Assembly (NCBI GenBank): GCA_951406725.2
Contig: CATOCA020000002.1
Span: 124,001-188,000 of the forward strand
Origin: Octopus vulgaris
Taxonomy: Eukaryota
Reading direction: 5' to 3'
Length of the DNA stretch: 64,000 nucleotides
In this document: positions 27,397 through 40,478 of the stretch, piece by piece
Layout: each line of letters starts with the position of its first letter
How positions within the stretch are numbered: position 1 is the stretch's first letter
Made by a program: the position numbers and the translations under genes
Notes under the pieces: model-generated
Database searches by the model: none
Seen by the model: the letters and a program-made list of their open reading frames with translations, nothing else
What the model was told of the DNA's origin: nothing

Positions 27397-28619
27397 GAAA
27401 ATACTTCCAAGTAACGCGGACTCACGAAGTTTGTGCTACATGGCATTAATCGAATGAAATGAAATCTTCATTATGAGGACAAAAGACTGTAACAACAGGT
27501 AAATAATATTGTCAGAAGATTTGATTATCCTACTATCTACAGTTAGATAAATTGAAGTGGGTAGAAATCTAATGTACTTTCTGCTGAAAAAAAAAACGAA
27601 AAAAGATTACAGCAGATACATATAAATAACCAGGAGTAAATCAGTTTAACTCATAAGTTGCATTTATACACACATTCTACATCTCTAAAGTAAATGCTGT
27701 GATATTCAGAACTGTTCTAGCTTTTCCATTTGTTAGCCTGCTAACGTAAATACACATACATATACACATATAAATATACATTACACACATACATATATAT
27801 AAAAACACACACACACATTTACCTCTGTTAATTGAATGGATGAATAAAAGTGAGAAACCTGAAGTAGAAATGAAGTCAATCATTAGGTTTTAGTATATAA
27901 ACTCTACTACATATATTGAATACTTCTCTCCAATTTGTATACTTATACCCACGCATACATATACATAAAAACATACACACACTTATATGCATGAGCGTGT
28001 GTGTGTTTACATATATACATATGCATACCTCAAATTGCTGGTGACAGACATGAACAACTTCTTATATACAGTTACCAGGCAATAAAAACAATTACAATAA
28101 AACGAGCAGCATTGCATATGATATCTCTCTCTCTCTTTCACACACACTAAACAAATTTGTTGAAATGCTGGAGGATCTTCAGAAGTAAATTTTTTTTAAA
28201 GAACTAATTCTGCTGTTCAATATTATAACACCACTGATGATTAGAAAAGAAATAATGTCTAAATAGCAACAAGTAGAGATTTTAGTCAAAAATTTAGATT
28301 ATCTTTAGAAATATTTTACATTGAATTTTGATGAGATGTATTGTTTGAGTGCATGTGTTCTATCTCACTTATTAAGCTAGAGAATATGGGTAGGAAACCA
28401 ATGAGGGGATCTTAGAAGAAAAAAATTATTCAATTCAATTGAATAGGAACCACTTTAGAAAAAGGACAATGTTATAGTGCATGGCAGCAGTATGGGCTTT
28501 TCTTCATTTTTTTTTTATGCCCTACCCTCCAAAATACTAATAACAGTGTTTTATTATATAGAGCATGAAGTATGGGGTTTACATGGGGATAGAAAAATGA
28601 AAAGTGTAGATTTCATGCT

Positions 28620-28671
<52 letters not shown>

Positions 28672-28697
28672 TAATAATAACAACAACAACAACAACA
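28620..28697. repeat. (AAT)n/(AAC)n microsatellite
   Basis: Directly visible. Confidence 0.95.
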
Positions 28698-28959
28698 AAA
28701 ATATTGATGGTGATTTTTCATATTGGCACAGAGCACAAAATTATATAGGAAGAAATGTATATAGGTAATGAATTGACTTTTTGGACCTGCTCAGGACTCT
28801 GATGGGATTTGAACACAGAACTTAGAGACAAAACTAAATGCTTTAAAAAGGCTATTTAGTTAAATTCTCTACAATTTTAGACATTATTAATATTGATTTC
28901 TAACATTGGCAGAAAGCCACATAATAAAAATAGTTTTCTTATTAAAATACAAAGCCAGA

Positions 28960-29375
28960 GATTTTGAAAGGAGGGTATAAATTGATATCATTGACCCTAG
29001 TATTTTATTTTACTAGTACTTTATTTTATAGACCCCCAAGGGATGAAAGGCAAAGATAACCTTGATGGAATTTGAACCCAGAATGTAAAGAGAAATATCA
29101 TAACATATTTTCTCCAACACTAACAATTCTGCCAATCCACTGGTTTAATAATAATAATAGTTTCAAATTTTGGTACCATTTGAAACCATTATTATTATTA
29201 GACCAGTTTTGAGGGGAAGGGGTAAATCAATTACTTTGACACCAGTGCTTGGCAGGTACTTATTTTATCGACCCCGAAAAGACAATAGGCAAAGTTGACC
29301 TCAGCAGAATTTGAACTCAGAACATAAATGTCACTAAGCATTTTGTCCAGCATGCTAAGTCTGCCAGCTCACTGT
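28960..29375. mobile_element. Fragments of a dispersed SINE-like family (also ~26540-26720 and ~30040-30200)
   Basis: Recurring gacccc..ggatgaaaggcaaag..gacct..gaatttgaactcagaa block. Confidence 0.6.
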
Positions 29376-29499
29376 TTTCAACAAAATTCCATGTTGAAGG
29401 TGACAGGCAGGATTTCAACTCATTAATCAACAAAATTAATTACTGTTCAGTGCATTACCATCTGTGCCACCCATACAGACATCATAATAATAATAATAA

Positions 29500-29950
29500 A
29501 CAGCAAATATTCTGCTCAATACCACAGATTTGCTTGTCAGTTGTTTGACCGTAACCAGTTGAGCATGTCCCTTAGTGGCTGACGATATGTGCATCTCTGA
29601 TCACGAGCAGAAGTAGTGGGGGAGCATCATAGCCATGTGTTGAGAGGGACTTTTTGGGGTTTGAATAATTCACCTCTGGAAACATAGGTGTTTCGTTCAA
29701 CATCCTTAAAGAACCCTTAATCAGGGACCTTTTGAGTGGGATGGGTTACTCAACCAGAAGAAAATTCTAACTGGGCCCCACCTGCAAGGTCATGTGCTAT
29801 TTATCTTGATATGAGATCACCATATTGCACACACATGGTTGTGATGCATGTGTCTAGTGTACCCTTATCAGACGGGTAGTCATGATGGGTATACTGGGCT
29901 TCGTATATTTTACCCCAGTGTCACTTTGATGGCATGCACTCTCTCTCATT
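29500..29950 (+). mobile_element. Probable non-LTR retroelement 3' fragment bounded by (AAT)n
   Basis: GC-richer ~450-bp block with (AAT)n on both sides. No protein motif recognised. Confidence 0.4.
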
Positions 29951-29951
29951 C

Positions 29952-29987
<36 letters not shown>

Positions 29988-30540
29988 CAGCAACAACAAT
30001 AATAATAATAAAGAATAATAATAATTGATTATTTCTAGCATTGACACAGGCCACAAATTTGTAAGAAATGGATGGGGGTAAGTATACCATCAGTATTTTT
30101 TTCAACCTTAGAGGGATGAAAAGAGAAGCTGACTATGCTGGAATTTGAACTCAGAAACATAAAGGGATATAATTGCACAAGGTATTTAGTTTAGAGTGAC
30201 ATTATTGATTCTGTCATACCTCCATCTTAACAATAGTGAGCAATATGAAATCTGAACCCAATGAACCTTTTAGTTCTGTCTCAAAAAGTGGCTGACAGTC
30301 ATGTTCTCTTACTTGTCTCAATCACAACCAAGACCTTAAATATTCTGAACACATTTTGAAAGTAATGTAATGAGCAGTTTATAATCAAGTATTAAAATAT
30401 TTTTTTGTTTTCAGAAAGACAGTGAACCAACACATACATACTGAATATAACACAAAGATTAGGAACCGAGAGTGAAATGTATACTGTATAGTCCAAGTAT
30501 CTCCACACACACTCACGCATACACTAAAAGTTACAAATAA

Positions 30541-30584
<44 letters not shown>

Positions 30585-30969
30585 GTATATATATATGTAT
30601 ATATGATTGTAAAACAAATGATACATATGAAATTGAGAGTAAAATATCAATTTTGAACCAGCTCCTTATGGAATGACATTAGAACATGAATCAAATAAAT
30701 TTGGGATCATTGCATCAACTTGACTAACATAATGGTTTCAAGTTGAAAAAGGAAGGCATTGGAGAGGAAGAGGCAAAAAATATTGAAATAAGAAGAGGAA
30801 AAAATTGAGGCAAGATAAGAGACACAGTTGGAGAATGAACAGTGAAATGATGGATTAGTTATGAAAGACCTTCTATATAAATACCATCTTAAATATCCTG
30901 CCTAAACTAGAACTTAATATACAGATGAACCATTTGAAGTGAGTAGGCCACAATAAGCACTGCTCATAT

Positions 30970-32847
30970 TTACTGTTCCTGAGGCATCCCAGAATTACCC
31001 ACTGTTCCTCTACGATCAGGGGTACTGAGAATGGATTTAACACTGAAGTCAGTATGTCCACCTCCACTTCCTGAATTTAGAGCTTGTTTCCTAACTGGCA
31101 GATCTTTCTTCTCTTCTGATATAATTTTCTGTACCTTTGGCATTGATGTGGGGATGCTGCTTGTCATTCTAGGGACTACAGTGCTGTTGGTGGTTGTTGT
31201 TCTGGCATAGGTTCTGCATACATTTGTAGGCATTCTTTGATTGTTGGAGATTGTTCTGCTTTGATCAGTTGCAGGAACTGTGACACTGCTGATAACTTGA
31301 CCTGAACTAGTGAATACTGATTGGATGTTAACTATTTTATTTGTTAAATTAGATGGACTAGCAGTAGATGTGGCAGGAGATGAGTCGACAGTGGTCTGAA
31401 GAAAATGAGGTGAATCAGGTTTGATGTATAATGTACCTTCAAAAGCAAATTCATTTGGAAGGACTGGTTTAATAAAGAGACTCCCTTCACAGCTATAGGT
31501 ACTTTCATCATCTTTTCTCTCACTTTTTGGGCAGGAGTTAGTTTCTGAGATCCCGTCTTTCTTGTCAGATTTCTGTTGCTCCTGTGTTGTAGGGATATTG
31601 GTCACAGGATTCCACATCATACTTCCTTCAAATGTATAAGTATTAGAGGTAGGATCACTTTTACTTTTATTAACATTTTTACCAGTTGAATAAGTTGAAG
31701 TAACTGAAGGAAGCTTGAATGTGAAATCAGTTTCGTTTGTGCTTTTTGATTTTATATGAACTGTTTTCTTAGCTTCCTTTGCACAATCAGAAACATTTGG
31801 TGGCTCCAATTTAAAATAATTTTGACTGTAGCCCTCAGTGCCATACACTTTTGGTAACACAGGTGAACAAGCAACAGTATTTTTACTTACATCAACAGTA
31901 ACTAGTTGCTCCTGATCTGCAGATACATTTTTAGCAAGATCTGAATCTCCAAGTCTAGCTTTTTTATTTGTGTTTTCACTGGGAACAGAGTCTTTCTTCT
32001 TGTTTTTCACTTCTTGATTACGTTTGATACATGGTTTTAAATTAGTGGTCAAAAAAAAGGAACAAGATGATTGAAAACTATGTTTAAGTGGTAGTTTTAT
32101 ACCAGTGGATAAATTACCATCATTTTCAGAGACAGGCTCCTGTTTTACATTTTTTAATAGATGTTCAGTTTTTGTGTTAGTGTCAGACACTACTATTTGG
32201 GAACCATTTTTGATTTGTTTAATATTTTTGGAGGGTATGTCATTACAATTATCATACACTAATTTTGGTGGGTAAGTTGTAGGGAGCAATGAGTTATCAA
32301 GAATCTCTTTTGGAGGAGGTTTCTTGTCAGCAATGTCTTCTAGCACTGAATATTTCTGGTTGCAAACCTGACAAACAGTAATTTTTTTTTTTGAAATGTG
32401 TGCATCTTCATTCTTAGCATCATCTTCTGAGAACAGTTTATTACAAAGTTCACAACGGAGAAATCTTGAACCACTTTGTTTTTGACAAGATCTTAGTGGT
32501 GAGTCCAAATGGTAAGATAGCTGTGGATTTGCTTTAGAATTAAAGCTAGGTGAACTGAGAGTGTTAGCTTCATTCACCTCATCGGGGTTAATAGAGTCTT
32601 TGAATGTTTTATTATCACTAAGAGCACTTTGGTATGGCAGTGGTAACTTACTGTAACACTGGCTGCCCAATCTATTGTAAGACTGTGATTTCCTTGGTGC
32701 ATCTTTCTGGTCCACGCAGTTTCTTTTATACTCCATTTCAGTATCACTGCACTCAGTTGTATGGCCATTTGGTGAGGTAGCAAATTCAGCATCTCCTACA
32801 GATTTTAATGTCCCCTCGGCCATACCCTTGGAAGGAGCATTGCTCAT
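30970..32847 (-). CDS. Large coding exon of a host gene; S/T/K-rich, putative nuclear zinc-finger protein
   Basis: Uninterrupted 625-aa ORF with CELCNKLF..H and CQVCNQKY. A polypyrimidine tract plus ctacag acceptor places the exon start at 32932, and an in-frame stop lies upstream of the ATG. The ORF end overlaps a possible gtaaat donor. Confidence 0.8.
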   Translation of the reverse strand: MSNAPSKGMAEGTLKSVGDAEFATSPNGHTTECSDTEMEYKRNCVDQKDAPRKSQSYNRLGSQCYSKLPLPYQSALSDNKTFKDSINPDEVNEANTLSSPSFNSKANPQLSYHLDSPLRSCQKQSGSRFLRCELCNKLFSEDDAKNEDAHISKKKITVCQVCNQKYSVLEDIADKKPPPKEILDNSLLPTTYPPKLVYDNCNDIPSKNIKQIKNGSQIVVSDTNTKTEHLLKNVKQEPVSENDGNLSTGIKLPLKHSFQSSCSFFLTTNLKPCIKRNQEVKNKKKDSVPSENTNKKARLGDSDLAKNVSADQEQLVTVDVSKNTVACSPVLPKVYGTEGYSQNYFKLEPPNVSDCAKEAKKTVHIKSKSTNETDFTFKLPSVTSTYSTGKNVNKSKSDPTSNTYTFEGSMMWNPVTNIPTTQEQQKSDKKDGISETNSCPKSERKDDESTYSCEGSLFIKPVLPNEFAFEGTLYIKPDSPHFLQTTVDSSPATSTASPSNLTNKIVNIQSVFTSSGQVISSVTVPATDQSRTISNNQRMPTNVCRTYARTTTTNSTVVPRMTSSIPTSMPKVQKIISEEKKDLPVRKQALNSGSGGGHTDFSVKSILSTPDRRGTVGNSGMPQEQ

Positions 32848-33397
32848 TACATAAATGCAGTGGACATGGCAACAAATATAGCTCCAATCATACTGTGGTA
32901 AATGACTTCAATTCAATAACAGCTTCAATAGCCTGTAGAAGAAATTAAATAAAAAAGAAAAAAGTAGCATTAAGAATTTGGGCAAAAATTGATCACAAAA
33001 ATTTTTGATAGTTAAATATTGCTATATTTTATGAACACAAGCTAAACTGTAAACCAAATTTACTGAAGAAATAAAAAAGTAATTCGCAAACCTACACATG
33101 GTTAATTCATCTAGAAGTTTTGTTTCTTCCTCAAAGAGGCACAAAAATGTTTTCCAGTTTGTTTTAATTACTTCATCCACAACCCTCATATAAACATTAG
33201 TGGTCAAAGGAACATTAAAAAAATACATAGCAAAAGGAAAAAATTATACGCTCACATACATGGTAAATAAAAATAGATGCAACATGTAAGTGAAAATAAT
33301 TATTTAAATTTTGAATTTTCATTTTTCAAAGTCAGAGTCCTTATAAAAAAAATGTGAAATATACAAATGGGTATGCTATTTTAAGTTCATAGTTGCC

Positions 33398-36300
33398 GTT
33401 TCTGTCTACCAAATCCACTCACAAGGCTTTGGTTGGCCCGAGGCTATAGGAGAAAACACTTACCCATGCATTGGGACTGAACCCGGAACCATGTGGTTGG
33501 TAAGCAAGCTACTTACCACAAAGCCATTCCCGCGCATATATTTATTATAATCTAAGAGGTATATTATAAGTTAAGTTCCCAGTGCTATTATATACAAGCT
33601 AATATAAATTTCTAGGGGTACAAAATTAGGTTTACTTACATAAAGTCTATTATAAAAATAATAATATGATCAGTAGAATAGAACACCATAGAAAGGAATA
33701 AATAGTTTAATCACTAAAACCATGATGAAGCATATATACCTTATTATCAACAATAGGAAGGAAGATTATATAGAATTTGTTTAATAATTCTATCATTATA
33801 CTTAATTATTTACTTATTAGGTGGTATCTATAAAGACTGATCACTGGTATTTACTAAAGGAATATTGGGGTGATAGAACATGCTAACTATATATTTATTA
33901 TAATCTAAGAGGTATAATATAAGTTGTAAAGTTTCCAGTGCTAATACATACATGATAATATAGTTTCCTAGGGGTACAAAATAGGAGGACTACTTACATA
34001 AAGGCCTTTATAAAAATAATAATATGATCAGAAGGGTGGAACACTATAGAAAGGAATAAATAGTTTAATTACTAAAACCATGATGAAGTTAGACTAACTA
34101 GGTAGGAATATTCATAGAATAGTATACTAACTTACTATACTATATAGCTTATACTATATGTAATGTACTTTAATTCTTCATGTAACTGAATATCACCTGA
34201 TTTATATATATATAATCAAAATAAGCAACAAGGATATCCAGAGGTAATGCAGTACGATCGTTTCATGTGACTCCATTTAATTAAACAATGCAAACATCAC
34301 ATCAATTTAAAATGTAGAGCAATTTTCAGCTGCACAAAAATATAGAATTTAATTAAATTCGAAGGACTCATTAGCATAATTTTATCCAAAATCTCCAAAA
34401 GGATTAGGAGATAGACAAAGAACATGTTTTACCAACAACATCACAGTTGTAACTGAAATTTAAAAAAAAAAGACACTGCTTTTCACTGATTATTTGTTAT
34501 TTAGATTTAATTATGGGAGGGGGGGGGCGTCAGTTTTAATTTATAGGCTAATTTATCAAATCTGAGAGAAGACAGAGGGTAGTATCATTTTGGGGGTAGG
34601 GCAAAGTAGATAGACAATTTAAGTGGCATAGTCATAAATCAAGATTTATTTGAAGCAAAGCCATTTGGCTCAGTAAGAAGATATTTCAAACAAGATGTTG
34701 GCTGCTATTAAGTAGACCAATGCTAATGGGACAGGGGAAGTCTTACATTTACCTACTATAAAACAATGTTGTTATTTGTATATATACAGATAAATTTTAG
34801 AGTTAATCTAAAGAATACTAAGAAGAATATTTATGAATACTTTCAGTATATATCAAAATTTTACACAATAGAGGGACAGAAAATATAGAAATAGTTCAAT
34901 ATTTATATATTTAAATACTAACTTAACATATATTTATAATTATTGATTAATTGGTATTTACTGGTATTAATAAAGGAAAATTGAGGTAAATTTTCAGTTG
35001 CATAGCTGAACGAGTGAGAATATTAAAAAAACTCCCTCGACCCAGGGAACACCTTAAATTCAAGAGTAGCAGCATTCAAACTCTGCTTATACTTCAGGAG
35101 ATGCCTACTGAAGTCCTGGAACCTACAAGCCAGTGACATTAATGATGGATAGCGATCTAAGGGAGAAGACCTAGCAAGCTAAGTGAAATCATAGCTATGG
35201 CCTATGCCAGTGTCACATAATCAGCCCATTTAAGTGTTCCCTTCAATCATCAAGCAATGTGCTGTGCTTGAGAAGACCTATTGAGTCAAGTAAAATCACT
35301 GTCGTGGCTGATGCCAGTACTGTCTGACTGGCACTCATGCCACATAAAAAGCACCATTCAAGCATGGTCGATGCCAGTACCACTTGGCTGGCCCCAATGC
35401 TGGTGGCACGTAAAAAGCACCCATTACATTCTTGGAGTGGTTGGCATTAGGAAGGGCATCCAGCAGTAGAAACCTTGCCTGATCAGATTGGGGCCTGGTG
35501 CAGCCTCCTGGCTTGTCAGTCTTTAGTCAAACTATCCAACCTATGCCAGCTTGGAAGGCGGACATCAAATGATAATGATGATGACACACACATACATATA
35601 TATATACATAAACACACACACACATATATATACACACACACACACACGAGTGTGTGTGTATGTGTGTGTCTTAAATATAATAAAATGCAATGTATGTCCT
35701 GTCGGTCATGCTTGGGGGAAAGAAGAGTAAAGCAACAAGCAGAATGGGAATGAGTGATAATCAGAGACAGTAAAGCATGTGAACAGGCTTCAAAGATTTT
35801 GCTCTGAAAGACACTAAACCATAAGCCCAACTTCCTCTCCAATCCCAAATGCAGGCTGATCAACCCGTCTAAGGGTGAGATAGGTATCATTAGCAAATGT
35901 ATTCTCGATACTATCAACTCTGATATCAGAAGGTCTATAAGGTTGACTCAATGGAACTCCAGTGCAGCCTTGATTGATTGATTCTGTGGTACTGAGAATA
36001 AATCAGTTTGCAGATTTACCCAGTCCGACATTGTCGACTTCTACCCTTCCATATCTAAGCCCCTATTTCAGAAGGCCCTAAATTTTGCTGAGCTATATCC
36101 CAGCATTAGTGATCTTGATATCAGAATTATCATGAATGCCAGAAAGTCAATTCTGGTCCATGATGATTCCTTTCGCGTGAAGAAAGAAGGCAATCCATTG
36201 TTTGATGTTCCTATGGGTAACTTTGACGGGGCTGAAATTGCCGACCTTGTCAGGTTATACATCTTGGATACCCACGAGAGATATACCCATCCACATAGGT

Positions 36301-39159
36301 TGGCCCTCTTTAGGGATGATGGCTTGGCTATCTCAAGCCATACAAACTGGTTTCAGGCATAAGCAAATGACTATCTAATCTCTCGGCCAATAGAAATATC
36401 ACTTATGTGGACAACCCCCAAACACCCTCTCCTCACCCCAAAAGGATAATTATATAGTATAACCCCCTTTTCAACCTAGAAGTTTCCACCAATGTAGCTA
36501 GAAGTTTCCTATCATTAATTAAGGAACACTCCCCCAGAGGTCACAAATGTTACAAATACTTCAACCTCCATAATGTCAAGATGAACTACTTATGCTTAGA
36601 CAACATCGCCCCAACCTGCAGCTGCTGAAACCCCACCATGAGTCCTTTAGATGGATCCTGCCTCTCAAGTGTCGTAGTATACAGGGCCATCTTTACACCA
36701 TCCAATGGCATTACCAGGCACTATACGGGTATTACAGTCAATGACTTCAAGGGAAGATACTCCGAGCATATGCAACTCATTCAGATCCAGGGACAGAGAA
36801 AATTCTACTTCCCTATCTCATTTTCTCTGGAGACTCCATGACCTCTAAGATGAAACATCCAGCATCAAGTGGACTATTGTTGGCAGAGTGCCACTATATT
36901 CACTTGGCACCCTCAGCTGCCAGCTCTGCCTCTGCAAAAAACTGCATATCCTCCAACCCACAGTATCCATCAACAAGAAATACAATTTATCTTATTGCTG
37001 TCACTAGATGTATGCCCTTCAGGCTAATTTCAAGCTTCTGACTGCCCACTACCCAGATATACCACCTTAGCTGCTACTCTGCACCAAGATCACTGTCAGC
37101 AACCAACCCCATGAGCAAGACTGCAAATTACCAGTTCCCAATGCTTACCAATCTCCAATGCTTACCAATTCCCAATGCTTACTAATCCCCAATGCTTGTT
37201 ATGTGCATATATACTCATGTATCCACACGCACTTGCATGTGTGTGTGCGTACATGTGTATGCATGTATGTGGGTGTGCATGCACACATGTTCGCTCATAT
37301 ATGTGTTTGTGCACCTGTGTACTGATACGCATTCTCACATCAATACAGACATGCATACAAAACCATATCAGCACATCCACACACCCACACATACAACTAT
37401 ATACCTGCCCACAATAAAAGAAACAGTAAAAGGTTGTCTTTATAGTACTCGGAGTTTTGAAGGCCGGAGCGAAGAACTACAATACATTCTCATCAGCTAT
37501 TAATGGCAACAGACACTATGAATAACTGTTGAATAAAAGGTAAGTTACTCTAACAGGTAGGAAAAGAAAAAAAAGAAAAAGATAAAATAAACGCAAGCAT
37601 ATTCTCACAATACATTGACATAAACCTCTTGTGTTCATGTACATACACACTCACACAAACATATATATGTACATGCACATACACACACACACACAAACAT
37701 ATATGTACGTACACATATCCACATAGTATTCTTTAGATTAACTCTAAAATTTATCTGTATATATACAAATAACAACATTGTTTTATAGTAGGTAAATGTA
37801 CTACTGTATGATAAGACTTCCCCTGTCCCATTAGCATTGGTCTACTTAATAGCAGCCAACATCTTGTTTGAAATATCTTCTTACTGAGCCAAATGGCTTT
37901 GCTTCAAATAAATCTTGATTTATGACTATGCCACTTAAATTGTCTATCTACTTTGCCCTACCCCCAAAATGATACTACCCTCTGTCTTCTCTCAGATTTG
38001 ATAAATTAGCCTATAAATTAAAACTGACGCCCCCCCCTCCCATAATTAAATCTAAATAACAAATAATCAGTGAAAAGCAGTGTCTTTTTTTTTTTAAATT
38101 TCAGTTACAACTGTGATGTTGTTGGTAAAACATGTTCTTTGTCTATGTCCTTATCCTCTTGGAGATTTTGGATAAAATTATGCTAATGAGTCCTTCGAAT
38201 TTAATTAAATTCTATATTTTTGTGCAGCTGAAAATTGCTCTACATTTTAAATTGATGTGATGTTTGCATTGTTTAATTAAATGGAGTCACATGAAACGAT
38301 CGTACTGCATTACCTCTGGATATCCTTGTTGCTTATTTTGATTATATATATATAAATCAGGTGATATTCAGTTACATGAAGAATTAAAGTACATTACATA
38401 TAGTATAAGCTATATAGTATAGTAAGTTAGTATACTATTCTATGAATATTCCTACCTAGTTAGTCTAACTTCATCATGGTTTTAGTAATTAAACTATTTA
38501 TTCCTTTCTATAGTGTTCCACCCTTCTGATCATATTATTATTTTTATAAAGGCCTTTATGTAAGTAGTCCTCCTATTTTGTACCCCTAGGAAACTATATT
38601 ATCATGTATGTATTAGCACTGGAAACTTTACAACTTATATTATACCTCTTAGATTATAATAAATATATAGTTAGCATGTTCTATCACCCCAATATTCCTT
38701 TAGTAAATACCAGTGATCAGTCTTTATAGATACCACCTAATAAGTAAATAATTAAGTATAATGATAGAATTATTAAACAAATTCTATATAATCTTCCTTC
38801 CTATTGTTGATAATAAGGTATATATGCTTCATCATGGTTTTAGTGATTAAACTATTTATTCCTTTCTATGGTGTTCTATTCTACTGATCATATTATTATT
38901 TTTATAATAGACTTTATGTAAGTAAACCTAATTTTGTACCCCTAGAAATTTATATTAGCTTGTATATAATAGCACTGGGAACTTAACTTATAATATACCT
39001 CTTAGATTATAATAAATATATGCGCGGGAATGGCTTTGTGGTAAGTAGCTTGCTTACCAACCACATGGTTCCGGGTTCAGTCCCAATGCATGGGTAAGTG
39101 TTTTCTCCTATAGCCTCGGGCCAACCAAAGCCTTGTGAGTGGATTTGGTAGACAGAAAC
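33398..39159. repeat. Long near-identical inverted repeat, arms 33398-34820 and 37724-39159, ~2.9 kb spacer
   Basis: Arms are reverse complements end to end, apart from a ~13-bp indel near 37801 and a few substitutions. Confidence 0.95.
35720..37010 (+). mobile_element. Decayed Penelope-like element (RT + GIY-YIG)
   Basis: DIVDFYPSI, FDVPMGNFDGAEIADLV, LFRDDGL and VVYRA..HYTGITVNDFKGRYSEH motifs. Confidence 0.85.
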
Positions 39160-39174
39160 TGAAAGAAGCTCATC

Positions 39175-39226
<52 letters not shown>

Positions 39227-39764
39227 CCTAAACAGGTTTTTTCCTGTTGTCTAAGCTGAAGTGACAACAGCATGGACTTTGTCTGTCTTCTTACCCTCTT
39301 AGAGGATTTAAGTAAAAATTATACAAATGTGACCAACTGATTTTTAAAATTCTATTTATTTATTTATGCAGCTGAGGAAGCCCTGCATTTAAATTGATGT
39401 AATGATTGCATTGTTCAATTAAATTGAGCCACTTAAATCGGTCGTACCGCATCACTTCTAGATATTCTGTTCCTTATTTTGATTTTATCACCTTATTTTA
39501 AAGTTGTATGGATAATGTATTTACATTTATGCAATGTTTTGATCAGTTTGTTACCTGCTTATCATTGTCTTATTCCTGAATATGTACATAGTACAAAACT
39601 GGATTTGTACCACAAATCCAGAAATTAATCATCTGATGAGAACTAGAAATCAAACCAATCAAAATGTAGTGTACAAAATGTAGTGTACAAAACTTTTTCA
39701 TCTGAAAATTAGGATTTGCATTTTTCATATCAATGCTTCTAATAGGAATAAATTTTGTTCCCAT

Positions 39765-40385
39765 TCTATTCCATATATTATATATATAAAACTGAGAATG
39801 TGTGTCTGTCTGTCTGTGTGTTTCCCTAAAACTTGAGAACTACACAACCAATTTCATTAAAACTTTACACATGCCTTACTTAGGGTCCGGGGAGTGTCAT
39901 CGGCAAAAAATTTTTTTAACCTTTTGCCTAGGGCGAGCCCACAGCAATATTATATCTTCTCCACTATGATTCCCTAAAACTTGAATACTACACAACCAAT
40001 TCCATTCAAATTTTACACATGCCTTACTTAGGGTCCACGTAGTTTCATGGGCAAAAAAAATGTTCAACTTCTTGTCTAGATCGAGCCCATAGCAACATCA
40101 TATCTTCTCCACTATTTCAGTATTACGTGTTAAAAGTGAAACAAAAACGTTTCTCTATTTTATGTCAGATACTTTCACTTTAACAGTAAAAATAATAATA
40201 ACAATTGAATTATATGTAGTAAGTAATAATTAAAATCAAACTAAAGTATAATATAATCGTAACATATCAAAAGTAAAAATAGCAATTGGTATAAAATTGC
40301 ATCAATGATTTGAACTTGAATAAGTGGTTTCACATGAATGGGAATAAATTAAAAATAAAATTAGTGTGCAGAAATGGAATAGTCC
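39765..40385 (+). mobile_element. Helitron-like non-autonomous element, 5' portion, with an internal ~150-bp duplication
   Basis: tc..tatatataaaactgagaatgtgtgtctgtctgtctg start. ccctaaaacttga..ctacacaaccaatt..cttacttagggtcc occurs at ~39824 and ~39971. The exact 5' end is uncertain. Confidence 0.5.
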
Positions 40386-40405
40386 AGATGGATAATAAAA
40401 AATTA

Positions 40406-40478
40406 AATTAAAGAAAAGACTATTGTCTATAAAGTATACAATGTAGAGAAAAAAGAAGATTTGAACACATCGAGGAAA
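40406..40478 (+). pseudogene. 5' part of an older Tx1-like ORF1 fragment interrupted by the array
   Basis: IKEKTIVYKVYNVEK/RFEHIEE (one frameshift in an A run) aligns to EKKRIIYKTYDTTTRMIQTIEE of the autonomous ORF1. Confidence 0.7.

Noticed and set aside
40467-40478. 12-mer as part of an snRNA, tRNA or rRNA target gene
   Set aside because: The flanks show no recognisable RNA gene and instead translate as ORF1. A database search is still needed.
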